Shown piece after piece: positions 35,663 to 45,813 of a stretch of DNA of 64,000 nucleotides. The notes under the pieces are model-generated. The model saw only the letters and a program-made list of their open reading frames with translations, was not told where the DNA came from and did not search any database. This DNA comes from an uncultured Actinomycetota bacterium. GTDB lineage: Bacteria; Actinomycetota; Actinomycetes; Nanopelagicales; Nanopelagicaceae. The DNA lies in NCBI GenBank assembly GCA_963750855.1, contig CAVVSA010000001.1, positions 132,928 through 196,927 of the forward strand, in the 5' to 3' direction. Within the stretch, counting starts at the first letter, position 1. Each line of letters opens with the position of its first letter. The position numbers and the translations under genes are program-made.

Positions 35663-36386
35663 GATTGGCGAACTCCTTCAAGTTCAAAGTCTTTTCGCAT
35701 CAAGCGAGTTGCAGGTTCGTCGCGATCATGCGATCAGCCACATTCTTGCCGCGATTCAAGACGTGAGGTCTGAGATGGTTTTTTACGGAGGCACTGCCTT
35801 GTCTCGGACCTTTCTAACCGACGGACGCTTGTCTGAGGACATTGATCTTTATGCGGAAGACCGTAAGAAGTTGTGTCAGGAACTTGATGAGATTCCCGAT
35901 CTCATCGAACAGGAATTTCCCGAGGCGGTTTGGCAAAAAATACCATCGCAGTTGAGGGATGGGGAGAGCACTAATTTGAGTTGTGGTTCGGCTATTCAAG
36001 TAAAGGTGCAAGTAGTTGATTCGCACTCAAGAGGATTCCAAAAAGTTCCAGTTGAGATAACGGAAATCTTTCAGCGGTATTCAGATGTGCCTCGAACAAG
36101 GTTGTTTGTTCCTACGTTTGATGGTTTTGTCGCGATGAAGGCGTTGGCGTGGTTTGATCGACACGCGGCCCGAGATCTTTTTGACCTTGAAGCTCTTTCT
36201 CGAAAAGGTGAAGTGACAAAGAGTGCAAGAGAATTGATTCAAAGATTGAAGGGCCACCGGCTGACAGGGGCAATGTTGGATGGGAAAGTGACAGGAGATT
36301 GGCAACAGGAATTGGCCAGCCAGACAAAATTGGAAAAAACCGAGCCTGAATGCATGTCGCGTGTACTTGAATGGTGGAACGAGTGA
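35655..36386 (+). CDS. AbiEii/AbiGii-family nucleotidyltransferase toxin
   Basis: 243 aa with an NTase motif (FYGGTALSRTFLTDGRLSEDIDLYA) and the downstream MKALAWFDRHAARDLFDL. Confidence 0.88.
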   Translation: MLEIGELLQVQSLFASSELQVRRDHAISHILAAIQDVRSEMVFYGGTALSRTFLTDGRLSEDIDLYAEDRKKLCQELDEIPDLIEQEFPEAVWQKIPSQLRDGESTNLSCGSAIQVKVQVVDSHSRGFQKVPVEITEIFQRYSDVPRTRLFVPTFDGFVAMKALAWFDRHAARDLFDLEALSRKGEVTKSARELIQRLKGHRLTGAMLDGKVTGDWQQELASQTKLEKTEPECMSRVLEWWNE

Positions 36387-37165
36387 ACCAATCCAAGCTC
36401 GATCGGAGTAAGTATGTTTTGGAGTTTGAAGATGATTTCCGAACTTCGGAACTTGATATGTCCAAATGGTTTCCGTATTACTTGCCACAGTGGAAGAACC
36501 GAGAGGCCACGCGAGCACGTTATCGACTAAATGGTCAACAATTGAGTTTGATGATTGAAGAAGATCAAGACCCTTGGGCTCCCGAGCACAACGGTGAGAT
36601 TCGTGTTTCGAATTTTCAGACAGGCGTTTTCGCCGGACCTATTGGAAGCCAATACGGGCAGCACCGTTTCAAGGAGGGTTTGACCGTTCAGGAGGCGCAG
36701 GCAACTCTTGCTCTCTACTCACCAACGTATGGATTAATCGAACTTCGCGCAAAGGCGAGCAAGGATCCTGAGTGCTTGGTAGCCCTCTGGCTGATCGGTT
36801 TCGAGAGCGAACCCGCCGACAGTGCAGAGATCTGCGTCGTGGAGATCTTCGGTAAGGAAATCGATGACGCTGGAGCCTTGGTTGGGGTGGGTATCAAGAA
36901 ACACCACGACCCCCGGGTGGAGGAGGATTTCTCAAAAGTGAAAGTTCAGGTTGATGTATGTGATTGGCATACCTATTCAGTTGAGTGGACACCTGAGTCG
37001 ATCTCGTTTTACTTCGACGAGGTCTGTCTCAAAACCGTGAACCAGTCGATCAACTACCCGATGCAATTGATGCTCAATATCTACGAGTTCAGTCGCCAAG
37101 AGGGGGTTGGGGTATATCCCAAGGATTTTTCCGTCGACTGGGTGCGTGGTTACGCGAGGGCCTAA
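36371..37165 (+). CDS. GH16-like (concanavalin A-like glucanase fold) protein, no signal peptide
   Basis: 264 aa with a GH16-like core (WLIGFES...AEICVVEIFG; WHTYSVEWTPESISFYFD). The catalytic box reads E-I-C-V-V-E instead of E-x-D-x-x-E. It overlaps the AbiEii 3' end by 16 nt. Confidence 0.8.
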   Translation: MVERVNQSKLDRSKYVLEFEDDFRTSELDMSKWFPYYLPQWKNREATRARYRLNGQQLSLMIEEDQDPWAPEHNGEIRVSNFQTGVFAGPIGSQYGQHRFKEGLTVQEAQATLALYSPTYGLIELRAKASKDPECLVALWLIGFESEPADSAEICVVEIFGKEIDDAGALVGVGIKKHHDPRVEEDFSKVKVQVDVCDWHTYSVEWTPESISFYFDEVCLKTVNQSINYPMQLMLNIYEFSRQEGVGVYPKDFSVDWVRGYARA

Positions 37166-37204
37166 CTGGCATCGAACCTATCCGTAGCACCTCCATATAC
37201 CCTC

Positions 37205-37233
37205 TTGACGCACATATTTATGAGGCGCATAAT
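37205..37233 (+). promoter_or_regulatory. near-consensus sigma70/SigA-type promoter
   Basis: TTGACG (37205-10), 17 nt, CATAAT (37228-33), about 30 nt upstream of the toxin-like ORF. Confidence 0.4.
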
Positions 37234-37257
37234 TAATTGATCTCAATGCCCCCTTAG

Positions 37258-37512
37258 GTGTGGGGTATGGAGATCGAGTTTTCACAATCGGCGCGCAAGC
37301 ATCGAATTGGAAGGCAAAGGGCGCTCTTCGTCATCTCTACCAATGACTGTGTGGAGCTTCTGTCGGACGAAGTTCGACCAGTTCGCCTTCTATGGCAGGG
37401 CGTTGATGACCGAGGGCTTGAATTAGAAGTGATTGGAGTTAGGACCGCTGTTGGCGTTCTGCTCATTCATGTGATGCCACGGAACTTTCGACGAAGGAAG
37501 GGAAGGCCATGA
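37258..37512 (+). CDS. small toxin-like protein upstream of an RHH antitoxin
   Basis: 81-84 aa (ATG at 37267 or GTG at 37258), with MEIEFSQSARKHRIGRQRALFVI...LLIHVMPRNFRRRKG. ATGA overlap with the RHH gene. Toxin-first order as in BrnTA. Confidence 0.5.
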   Translation: MWGMEIEFSQSARKHRIGRQRALFVISTNDCVELLSDEVRPVRLLWQGVDDRGLELEVIGVRTAVGVLLIHVMPRNFRRRKGRP

Positions 37513-37808
37513 AAAAGGCCAAGGTGAAGTACACGATAGGTCGGTATGTAGATCTTGATAAAGAAGTGGTTCTGGATACAAACGGCCGACGAATTACTGA
37601 AGCAAGAGCACGACAGATTGTTCGGGAGGTTCATGAACTTGCCGTCGGACGACCCTCACTGTCGAGCCCTGGAGTTCATTCTCCGGAAATAAAGGCACGA
37701 GTGCCAATGAAGTTGAAGAAGTCTCTTCAGCGTGAGGCAAAGCGGAGAGGTCAAACCTCCTCAGAGTTGGTTCGCCAAGCTCTTGAGGAATTCCTGCGTA
37801 CCGCGTAG
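37509..37808 (+). CDS. ribbon-helix-helix (CopG-like) antitoxin-type protein
   Basis: 99 aa with a C-terminal RHH, KARVPMKLKKSLQREAKRRGQTSSELVRQALEEFL. Confidence 0.7.
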   Translation: MKKAKVKYTIGRYVDLDKEVVLDTNGRRITEARARQIVREVHELAVGRPSLSSPGVHSPEIKARVPMKLKKSLQREAKRRGQTSSELVRQALEEFLRTA

Positions 37809-37821
37809 GGCCGGATGGAAT

Positions 37822-38211
37822 TTAGGAGCAAATAGTTGAGAATCTGGTCGCGTTCGGTCGGAGTTTGAAATCCACCTCATGCCCGTGGCTATCGCGGAAG
37901 ACGGCCGAGGCGCCAACTACTGAAAGCGTGCCCTTGTCGTATGGGTTGTCCCAACCGATCGGGGGGTTGCCGAATCCGTCACCCAAGGTGCCGCCGACAC
38001 GCTCGAAGTACTTTCCGAAGGCTTTGATTTCCCCGATTCCGCAGTGGGTGTAGAGATCGAAGGGGATGGTCTTGCCAAAGGTCGCCGGCGAGGTGCCCGA
38101 GCCAGGATCCTCGGCAAGATGCCTGCCGGCCATGCCAATAAAGGGAGTGGCCATGCCCGCGATGATGAGCAGGGCCGTCACGGAGCGCCATTTCGACCTG
38201 CGAGCTGCCAT
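37822..38211 (-). CDS. membrane-anchored/secreted hypothetical protein
   Basis: 129 aa with an N-terminal anchor (WRSVTALLIIAGMATPFIGMA) and an SD GGGGAGGG. A 7-bp palindrome, CCGTGAC-ctgt-GTCACGG (38219-38236), lies just upstream. Confidence 0.55.
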   Translation of the reverse strand: MAARRSKWRSVTALLIIAGMATPFIGMAGRHLAEDPGSGTSPATFGKTIPFDLYTHCGIGEIKAFGKYFERVGGTLGDGFGNPPIGWDNPYDKGTLSVVGASAVFRDSHGHEVDFKLRPNATRFSTICS

Positions 38212-38381
38212 ACGCCCTCCCCGTGACCTGTGTCACGGATCCTTCCACTTTCTCAGAGAAAACGCTGACATTTGGATCGGGATTGTGGTAAAAGCCCGCG
38301 TTGGACATACGGGGTCGTTGCCCGATATCCTTGGCGCTCGCACAAATCCTTTTAGGTCAATGCATATAGCGGCTGAGACCT

Positions 38382-41300
38382 TTGTCCGTGCGTCACCAAA
38401 CTTGTTCGGAAGGACACCTCTTGGCCGCGTCAAAAAAATCATCTGTTGCTCCACGCCGTATTTCATTTGCGAAGATCCGCGAACCTCTCGAAGTCCCAAA
38501 CCTCCTAGCTCTCCAAATTGAGAGTGTTGACTGGTTGCTGGGCAACGACATCTGGCGTCAACGTCTCGCAGTAGCCGAAACCACTCATCGTGGCGAGCTC
38601 CCAAATCAGTCTGGATTGGAAGAGATCTTCGAGGAGATCTCACCGATCGAGGACTTCCAGGGCTCGATGTCTCTGTCGTTTAGAGACCACCGCTTTGAGC
38701 CACCGAAGTACTCAATCGAAGATTGCAAAGAGCGCGACATGACTTACTCGCAGCCGCTCTTCGTGACCGCAGAGTTCACCAACAACATCACCGGTGAAAT
38801 CAAATCGCAGACAGTCTTCATGGGCGATTTCCCCGTGATGACGCAGCGCGGCACATTCATTATTAACGGAACGGAGCGCGTGGTTGTATCACAGCTCGTC
38901 CGTTCACCTGGCGTTTATTTCGAGCGCACGATTGAGAAGACCTCTGATAAAGATGTCTTCACTTCAAAGATCATTCCTGGCCGTGGTGCTTGGCTTGAAT
39001 TCGAAGTTGATAAGAAGGACTTGGTCGGAGTTCGCATCGACCGCAAGCGTAAGCAATCAGTCACTGTCTTCCTGAAGGCCTTGGGATGGACTGAAGAGCA
39101 GATCCTTGCTGAGTTCGGCGAGTACGAATCAATCCGTGCAACCCTTGAAAAAGACAACGTCAAGACACAGGACGAGGCGCTTCTAGATATTTACCGCAAG
39201 TTGCGTCCTGGCGAGCCACCTACCAAGGAAGCCGCGCAGAACTTGATCGAGAACCTCTACTTCAACCCAAAGCGTTATGACCTTGCAAAGGTTGGCCGCT
39301 TCAAGGTCAATAAGAAGCTCGGTCTTGACCTAGAACTCAAGCAGGGCTTGCTAACCATTCAAGACATTGTCGCGACAATCCGCTACCTCGTAGCACTCCA
39401 CAAGGGTGAACTCCTTATGGAATACGGTCGCGAAGTTCGTGTTGAGAAGGACGATATCGATCACTTTGGTAACCGTCGTCTTCGCACAGTTGGTGAATTG
39501 ATCCAGAACCAGGTCCGTACCGGTCTTTCCCGTATGGAACGTGTTGTTCGCGAGCGCATGACGACCCAAGATGTTGAGGCGATTACTCCTCAGACCTTGA
39601 TCAACATCCGCCCTGTTGTTGCCTCAATCAAGGAGTTCTTCGGAACTTCCCAGTTGTCGCAGTTCATGGATCAGACCAACCCGCTTTCTGGTCTTACTCA
39701 CAAGCGCCGTCTTTCAGCCCTTGGACCCGGTGGTCTCTCACGTGACCGTGCTGGCTTTGAAGTTCGTGACGTTCACCCGTCTCACTACGGCCGCATGTGC
39801 CCGATTGAAACTCCTGAAGGTCCAAACATCGGTCTTATCGGATCCCTTGCAACCTACGGCCGCGTTACTGCCTTCGGTTTCATCGAGACTCCTTACCGCA
39901 AGGTAAGCAAGGGTCGCGTTACCGATCAGGTTGATTACCTAACAGCTGATGAAGAAGACGAGCACATCATTGCTCAGGCCAACGCGCCTTTGACTGATGA
40001 CAATCACTTCTCTGAGGCCCGTGTTCTCGTTCGTCGTCGTGGTGGAGAAGTTGAATACATCCCGGCAGAAGAAGTTGACTACATGGACGTGTCACCTCGT
40101 CAGATGGTTTCCGTTGCTACCGCAATGATTCCGTTCTTGGAGCACGACGATGCCAACCGCGCGTTGATGGGTTCCAACATGATGCGTCAGTCAGTTCCTT
40201 TGATGCGTGCAGAAGCACCGCTTATCGGAACCGGCATGGAATTCCGCGCAGCAGTTGATGCAGGCGACGTCGTCGTTGCAACAAAGGCTGGCGTAGTTAC
40301 CGAAGTTGCTGCAGATGAAGTCACGGTCATGGCCGATGACGGCACCTACCAGAACTACTCACTTTCTAAGTTCCGCCGTTCAAACCAGGGCACTTCGTAC
40401 AACCAGAAGGTCATTGTTAATCCCGGCGCACGTCTAGAAGTTGGCTCAGTAATTGCCGATGGACCATGTACCGAAAACGGTGAAATGGCCCTTGGTAAGA
40501 ACTTGCTCGTGGCATTTATGTCATGGGAAGGCCACAACTACGAAGACGCGATCATCCTGTCGCAGCGCTTGGTTCAAGACGATGTCTTGACTTCGATCCA
40601 CATTGAGGAATACGAAGTTGATGCACGCGATACCAAACTCGGTGCAGAAGAGATCACCCGCGACATCCCTAACGTTTCAGAGGAAGTTCTTGCCGATCTC
40701 GATGATCGCGGAATCATTCGCGTTGGCGCCGATGTTGTTCCAGGTGACATTCTGGTTGGAAAGGTAACGCCAAAGGGCGAGACCGAACTAACCCCAGAAG
40801 AGCGCTTGCTCCGTGCAATCTTCGGCGAGAAGGCTCGCGAAGTTCGCGACACCTCACTCAAGGTTCCACACGGTGAGTCCGGCAAGGTCATCGCAGTCAA
40901 GATCTTCGAAAGCGAAGAGGGCTTCGAGCTTCCAGCCGGCGTCAACCAATTGGTCCGCGTTTATGTTGCACAGAAGCGCAAGATCCAAGACGGTGACAAG
41001 CTCGCTGGTCGCCACGGAAACAAGGGCGTTATTTCCAAGATTCTTCCCCAGGAAGATATGCCATTCCTTGAAGACGGCACCCCAGTAGATGTAATCCTTA
41101 ACCCGCTCGGTGTTCCAGGTCGTATGAACGTCGGACAGGTTCTGGAAATGCACCTCGGATGGGTTGCTAAAACAGGTTGGGATCTTTCCGGAATTGATGA
41201 GGCGTGGACAAAGCACCTCCGCGATATCGGTGCCGAAAAGGGCGCCCCTGGAACCAACATCGCAACGCCGGTATTCGACGGTGCCCGCGAAGATGAGATC

Positions 41301-41876
41301 TCAGGACTTCTCGGAAGCACCTTGGCCAACCGCGATGGCGTCCAACTTGTTGGCACCAGCGGTAAAGCACGACTCTTTGATGGTCGAAGTGGCGAGCCTT
41401 ACCCAACTCCAATTTCTGTTGGATACATGTACATCTTGAAACTCCACCACTTGGTCGATGACAAGATCCACGCACGTTCAACCGGTCCGTACTCCATGAT
41501 CACCCAGCAACCATTGGGTGGTAAGGCGCAGTTCGGTGGTCAGAGATTCGGTGAGATGGAAGTGTGGGCGCTTGAGGCTTATGGCGCTGCTTACACACTT
41601 CAGGAATTGCTCACCATCAAGTCTGATGACGTGCTTGGTCGAGTCAAGGTCTACGAAGCAATCGTTAAGGGTGAAAACATTCCTGAACCAGGCATCCCTG
41701 AGTCATTCAAGGTCCTGATCAAGGAAATGCAATCACTCTGTCTAAACGTTGAGGTGCTCTCATCTGAGGGTGTCGCAATTGAATTACGCGATACCGATGA
41801 AGAGGTATTCCGTGCCGCCGAAGAGCTGGGCATCAACTTGTCACGAGTTGAGCCAAGCAGCGTTGAAGAAGTCTGA
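38382..41876 (+). CDS. rpoB: DNA-directed RNA polymerase subunit beta
   Basis: 1164-aa ORF with canonical RpoB blocks throughout. The likely start is the TTG at 38421 (GGAAGGA 7 nt upstream, then [28 protein letters not shown]). Confidence 0.97.
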   Translation: MSVRHQTCSEGHLLAASKKSSVAPRRISFAKIREPLEVPNLLALQIESVDWLLGNDIWRQRLAVAETTHRGELPNQSGLEEIFEEISPIEDFQGSMSLSFRDHRFEPPKYSIEDCKERDMTYSQPLFVTAEFTNNITGEIKSQTVFMGDFPVMTQRGTFIINGTERVVVSQLVRSPGVYFERTIEKTSDKDVFTSKIIPGRGAWLEFEVDKKDLVGVRIDRKRKQSVTVFLKALGWTEEQILAEFGEYESIRATLEKDNVKTQDEALLDIYRKLRPGEPPTKEAAQNLIENLYFNPKRYDLAKVGRFKVNKKLGLDLELKQGLLTIQDIVATIRYLVALHKGELLMEYGREVRVEKDDIDHFGNRRLRTVGELIQNQVRTGLSRMERVVRERMTTQDVEAITPQTLINIRPVVASIKEFFGTSQLSQFMDQTNPLSGLTHKRRLSALGPGGLSRDRAGFEVRDVHPSHYGRMCPIETPEGPNIGLIGSLATYGRVTAFGFIETPYRKVSKGRVTDQVDYLTADEEDEHIIAQANAPLTDDNHFSEARVLVRRRGGEVEYIPAEEVDYMDVSPRQMVSVATAMIPFLEHDDANRALMGSNMMRQSVPLMRAEAPLIGTGMEFRAAVDAGDVVVATKAGVVTEVAADEVTVMADDGTYQNYSLSKFRRSNQGTSYNQKVIVNPGARLEVGSVIADGPCTENGEMALGKNLLVAFMSWEGHNYEDAIILSQRLVQDDVLTSIHIEEYEVDARDTKLGAEEITRDIPNVSEEVLADLDDRGIIRVGADVVPGDILVGKVTPKGETELTPEERLLRAIFGEKAREVRDTSLKVPHGESGKVIAVKIFESEEGFELPAGVNQLVRVYVAQKRKIQDGDKLAGRHGNKGVISKILPQEDMPFLEDGTPVDVILNPLGVPGRMNVGQVLEMHLGWVAKTGWDLSGIDEAWTKHLRDIGAEKGAPGTNIATPVFDGAREDEISGLLGSTLANRDGVQLVGTSGKARLFDGRSGEPYPTPISVGYMYILKLHHLVDDKIHARSTGPYSMITQQPLGGKAQFGGQRFGEMEVWALEAYGAAYTLQELLTIKSDDVLGRVKVYEAIVKGENIPEPGIPESFKVLIKEMQSLCLNVEVLSSEGVAIELRDTDEEVFRAAEELGINLSRVEPSSVEEV

Positions 41877-41893
41877 GGGGAGAGGGAATAACT

Positions 41894-44800
41894 ATGTTAG
41901 ATGTTAACTTTTTTGATGAACTTCGAATCGGTCTGGCCTCGGCCAACAACATTCGTGAGTGGTCCTTTGGAGAAGTAAAGAAGCCAGAGACGATCAACTA
42001 CAGAACCCTCAAGCCTGAAAAAGACGGCCTATTCGACGAGAAGATCTTCGGACCTACTCGCGACTGGGAGTGCTACTGCGGTAAGTACAAGCGCGTTCGA
42101 TTCAAGGGCATCATCTGCGAGCGTTGCGGTGTAGAAGTTACACGCGCCAAGGTTCGCCGTGAGCGCATGGGTCACATCGAACTTGCTGCCCCAGTTACTC
42201 ACATCTGGTACTTCAAGGGCGTTCCAAGCCGACTTGGCTACCTTCTAGATCTAGCACCAAAGGATCTTGAGAAGGTCATCTACTTCGCCGCTTACATGAT
42301 CACTGAAGTTGATAAGGAAGCTCGCGAAGAAGATATGCCACAACTCGAGAAGAAGTTGGCAAACGATATTCGCAAGATCGAGACCAAGCGCGACAACGAC
42401 CTCGATGCACGCACAAAGAAGCTAGAAGGCGATCTATCTGAGCTCGAAGCAGAAGATGCCAAGGCTGACGTGCGACGTAAGGTTCGCGAAGGTGCCGAAC
42501 GCGAACTCAAGCAGATTCGCGATCGTTCACAGCGCGACCTCGATCGTCTAGAGCAGGTATGGGCACGTTTCAAGAACCTCAAGGTCCAAGACCTCGAAGG
42601 TGATGAGACCCTGTACCGCGAAATGAAGGATCGCTACGGCATGTACTTCAAGGGTGACATGGGAGCCGCTGCAATCAAGCGTCGCCTAGAGACCTTTGAC
42701 CTCGAAGCCGAATACAAGATCCTCAACGACCTCAGCGAGAACGGCAAGGGCCAGAAGAAGACTCGCGCCATCAAGCGTCTCAAGGTCGTTAACGCATTCC
42801 TTACTACTAGCAACCATCCCGCATCTATGGTGCTCGACGTTGTTCCCGTTATTCCGCCAGATCTTCGCCCAATGGTTCAGCTCGATGGTGGCCGCTTTGC
42901 GACTTCGGATCTCAATGATCTGTATCGCCGCGTCATCAACCGTAATAACCGTTTGAAGCGTCTTGCTGACCTTGGTGCACCAGAGATCATCGTCAACAAC
43001 GAAAAGCGTATGTTGCAAGAGGCAGTAGATGCCCTCTTCGACAACGGCCGTCGCGGTCGCCCGGTTACCGGTCCTGGTAACCGTGCGCTTAAGTCGTTGT
43101 CTGACATGCTCAAAGGCAAGCAGGGTCGTTTCCGTCAGAACTTGCTCGGAAAGCGTGTTGACTACTCTGGCCGTTCGGTCATCGTTGTTGGTCCACAGTT
43201 GAAGTTGCACCAGTGCGGTCTGCCAAAGCAGATGGCTCTGGAACTCTTCAAGCCATTCGTAATGAAGCGCCTCGTGGATCTAAACCACGCGCAGAACATT
43301 AAGTCTGCCAAGCGTATGGTCGAGCGTGCCCGCCCAGTTGTATGGGACGTTCTGGAAGAAGTCATTGCCGAGCATCCAGTACTCCTAAACCGTGCACCTA
43401 CCCTGCACCGTCTAGGTATTCAAGCATTCGAACCACAGCTCGTTGAAGGTAAAGCAATCCAGATTCACCCACTTGTCTGTACAGCATTTAACGCAGACTT
43501 CGACGGTGACCAGATGGCTGTCCACCTTCCACTATCTGCCGAAGCGCAGGCCGAAGCTCGCGTCTTGATGTTGTCTTCCAACAACATCTTGTCTCCTGCT
43601 AACGGTCGCCCAATCACAACTCCAACTCAGGACATGGTCCTTGGTCTGTACTACTTGACCAGTGCCCGTGATGGAGAAGTTGGCGAAGGCCGTGCATTTG
43701 GTTCAATCGCCGAAGGCATCATGGCATTTGATCAAGGAACCGTTTCGCTGCAGGCAAAGATCAAGATCCGTCTTGATGCTTCCAACGGTCTCAACGGCAC
43801 CGAATCCGTCACCCGCTCTACCACTCTTGGTCGCGCGCTATTCAACGAGGCACTTCCTGCTGAGTATCCCTTCGCGGATTACGATGTTAAGAAGGCCCAA
43901 CTTGGAAAGATCGTCGAACAACTCGCTGAGTTCTATCCAAAGGTCACAGTTGCTCAGACGCTCGATGCGTTGAAGGAGCTCGGTTTCCATTGGGCATCTC
44001 GCGCCGGTGCAACTATCGGTATCGAAGATGTTGTAACTCCTGCTGGCAAGGCCGCGATTCTTAAGGAATCTGAGACCAGAGCTGAGAAGGTTGAAATTCA
44101 GTACGAGAAGGGTCTGATCACCGATGACGAGCGTCGTCAAGAACTGATCGAGATCTGGACCCAAGCCACGAAGGAAGTTGGTGAGGTCATGGAGGAGAAC
44201 TTCAAGAGCTCACGTAACAACCCAGTGTGGATGATGGTCGATTCTGGTGCTCGAGGAAACATGATGCAGATCCGTCAGATCGCCGGTATGCGCGGACTTG
44301 TAGCGAACCCAAAGGGCGAAATTATTCCTCGTCCGATCAAGTCCAACTTCCGCGAAGGCTTGTCTGTACTTGAGTACTTCATTTCTACACACGGTGCCCG
44401 TAAGGGTCTTGCTGACACTGCTCTTCGTACCGCTGACTCGGGTTACTTGACCCGACGTCTTTGCGACGTGGCACAGGATGTCATCATCCGTGAAGAAGAT
44501 TGCGGTACCGATCGCGGACTCACCTTGCCAATCGCAGTTAAGAATGCTGCTGGCGTATTGGTCAAGCACGATGATGTTGAAACTTCCGTCTACGGTCGCT
44601 CATTGGCCGATGCGATTGTTGTTGACGGCGCAGTCATTGCTGAAGCCGGACGCGACATGGGCGACCTCATCATCGACAAGCTCATTGCTGCCGGTGTTTC
44701 CGAAGTTAAGGTCCGTTCCGTTCTTACTTGCGATAGCAAGGTCGGACAGTGCGCACTTTGCTACGGCCGCTCTTTGGCCGCGGGCAAGATCGTTGATGTC

Positions 44801-45733
44801 GGCGAAGCAGTCGGAATCATCGCTGCACAGTCAATCGGTGAGCCAGGAACGCAGCTAACAATGCGTACCTTCCACACCGGCGGTGTTGCAGGAGATGACA
44901 TCACCCACGGTCTACCCCGTGTCGTTGAACTCTTCGAAGCACGTACCCCTAAGGGTGTTGCACCAATTGCAGAAGCTGCAGGCGTTGTCTCATTCCGCGA
45001 GGATGCAAAGGGCAAGAAGATTGTGGTCACTCCAGAAGATGGCAGTGAGTCAGTTGAATACCCAATCATCCGTCGTCAGAAGTTGCTTGTAGAAGATGGA
45101 CAGCGCGTCAGTGTCGGCCAGAAGATGGTCGTCGGAGCGATTGATCCAAAGCAGGTGCTTCGTATTCTCGGACCTCGTGCAACCCAAGTTCACTTGGTAA
45201 ACGAGATCCAAGAGGTCTACCGCTCACAGGGCGTAGGCATTCACGATAAGCACATTGAGGTCATCGTTCGCCAAATGCTCAAGCGCATCACTGTTCTTGA
45301 GGCCGGCGACGCCGATCTACTTCCAGGTGAGCTCGTTGAGCGTGGTCGCTTTGAGACTGAAAACCGTCGTGTTGTTTCAACCGGTGGCAAGGCAGCCTCA
45401 GGTCGTCCAGAACTTATGGGTATCACCAAGGCATCTCTTGCCACCGAATCATGGCTATCGGCCGCATCCTTCCAGGAGACAACTCGCGTCCTTACCGATG
45501 CGGCACTTTCCGAGAAGAGCGACCCATTGCTCGGTCTCAAAGAGAACGTCATCATCGGCAAGCTCATCCCAGCCGGTACTGGTCTTGCCAGATACCGCAA
45601 CATCCGGGTCGAGCCAACCGAGGAAGCCAAGGCCGCTGTTTACGCAGCCTACGACGAGTACGACTTCACCCCATTTGAATCACAAGGTTCAGGTGAGGCA
45701 GTCAGACTCGATGAATTCGAAGTACCTCGCTAA
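41894..45733 (+). CDS. rpoC: DNA-directed RNA polymerase subunit beta'
   Basis: 1279 aa with the zinc-binding [20 protein letters not shown] and the catalytic [12 protein letters not shown]. Confidence 0.97.
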   Translation: MLDVNFFDELRIGLASANNIREWSFGEVKKPETINYRTLKPEKDGLFDEKIFGPTRDWECYCGKYKRVRFKGIICERCGVEVTRAKVRRERMGHIELAAPVTHIWYFKGVPSRLGYLLDLAPKDLEKVIYFAAYMITEVDKEAREEDMPQLEKKLANDIRKIETKRDNDLDARTKKLEGDLSELEAEDAKADVRRKVREGAERELKQIRDRSQRDLDRLEQVWARFKNLKVQDLEGDETLYREMKDRYGMYFKGDMGAAAIKRRLETFDLEAEYKILNDLSENGKGQKKTRAIKRLKVVNAFLTTSNHPASMVLDVVPVIPPDLRPMVQLDGGRFATSDLNDLYRRVINRNNRLKRLADLGAPEIIVNNEKRMLQEAVDALFDNGRRGRPVTGPGNRALKSLSDMLKGKQGRFRQNLLGKRVDYSGRSVIVVGPQLKLHQCGLPKQMALELFKPFVMKRLVDLNHAQNIKSAKRMVERARPVVWDVLEEVIAEHPVLLNRAPTLHRLGIQAFEPQLVEGKAIQIHPLVCTAFNADFDGDQMAVHLPLSAEAQAEARVLMLSSNNILSPANGRPITTPTQDMVLGLYYLTSARDGEVGEGRAFGSIAEGIMAFDQGTVSLQAKIKIRLDASNGLNGTESVTRSTTLGRALFNEALPAEYPFADYDVKKAQLGKIVEQLAEFYPKVTVAQTLDALKELGFHWASRAGATIGIEDVVTPAGKAAILKESETRAEKVEIQYEKGLITDDERRQELIEIWTQATKEVGEVMEENFKSSRNNPVWMMVDSGARGNMMQIRQIAGMRGLVANPKGEIIPRPIKSNFREGLSVLEYFISTHGARKGLADTALRTADSGYLTRRLCDVAQDVIIREEDCGTDRGLTLPIAVKNAAGVLVKHDDVETSVYGRSLADAIVVDGAVIAEAGRDMGDLIIDKLIAAGVSEVKVRSVLTCDSKVGQCALCYGRSLAAGKIVDVGEAVGIIAAQSIGEPGTQLTMRTFHTGGVAGDDITHGLPRVVELFEARTPKGVAPIAEAAGVVSFREDAKGKKIVVTPEDGSESVEYPIIRRQKLLVEDGQRVSVGQKMVVGAIDPKQVLRILGPRATQVHLVNEIQEVYRSQGVGIHDKHIEVIVRQMLKRITVLEAGDADLLPGELVERGRFETENRRVVSTGGKAASGRPELMGITKASLATESWLSAASFQETTRVLTDAALSEKSDPLLGLKENVIIGKLIPAGTGLARYRNIRVEPTEEAKAAVYAAYDEYDFTPFESQGSGEAVRLDEFEVPR

Positions 45734-45804
45734 CGGAGATCTAATCTCACGGTGAGTCTTAACGGCCCCTTCACTCCTCACGGAGCGGAGGGGCTGTTTT
45801 GATT
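45545..45804 (+). repeat. direct repeat copy 1 (rpoC last 62 codons + stop + terminator)
   Basis: Identical base for base to 47469-47728 (offset 1924), by manual alignment of both stretches. Confidence 0.95.
45765..45800 (+). terminator. rpoC intrinsic terminator
   Basis: GCCCCTTCACTCC-tcac-GGAGCGGAGGGGC (13-position stem with 11 Watson-Crick pairs, one G-U and one mismatch), followed by TGTTTT. Confidence 0.7.
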
Positions 45805-45813
45805 TTGGGGGTT

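Noticed and set aside
42686-43210. A 174-aa minus-strand ORF inside rpoC. The same reasoning applies to similar long antisense or off-frame ORFs at 9927-10604, 22721-23410, 23271-23801, 13560-13979, 40574-41356 and 45241-45755.
   Set aside because: All lie within or opposite strongly supported conserved genes, and their Arg/Ser/Pro-rich products are characteristic of non-coding frames.
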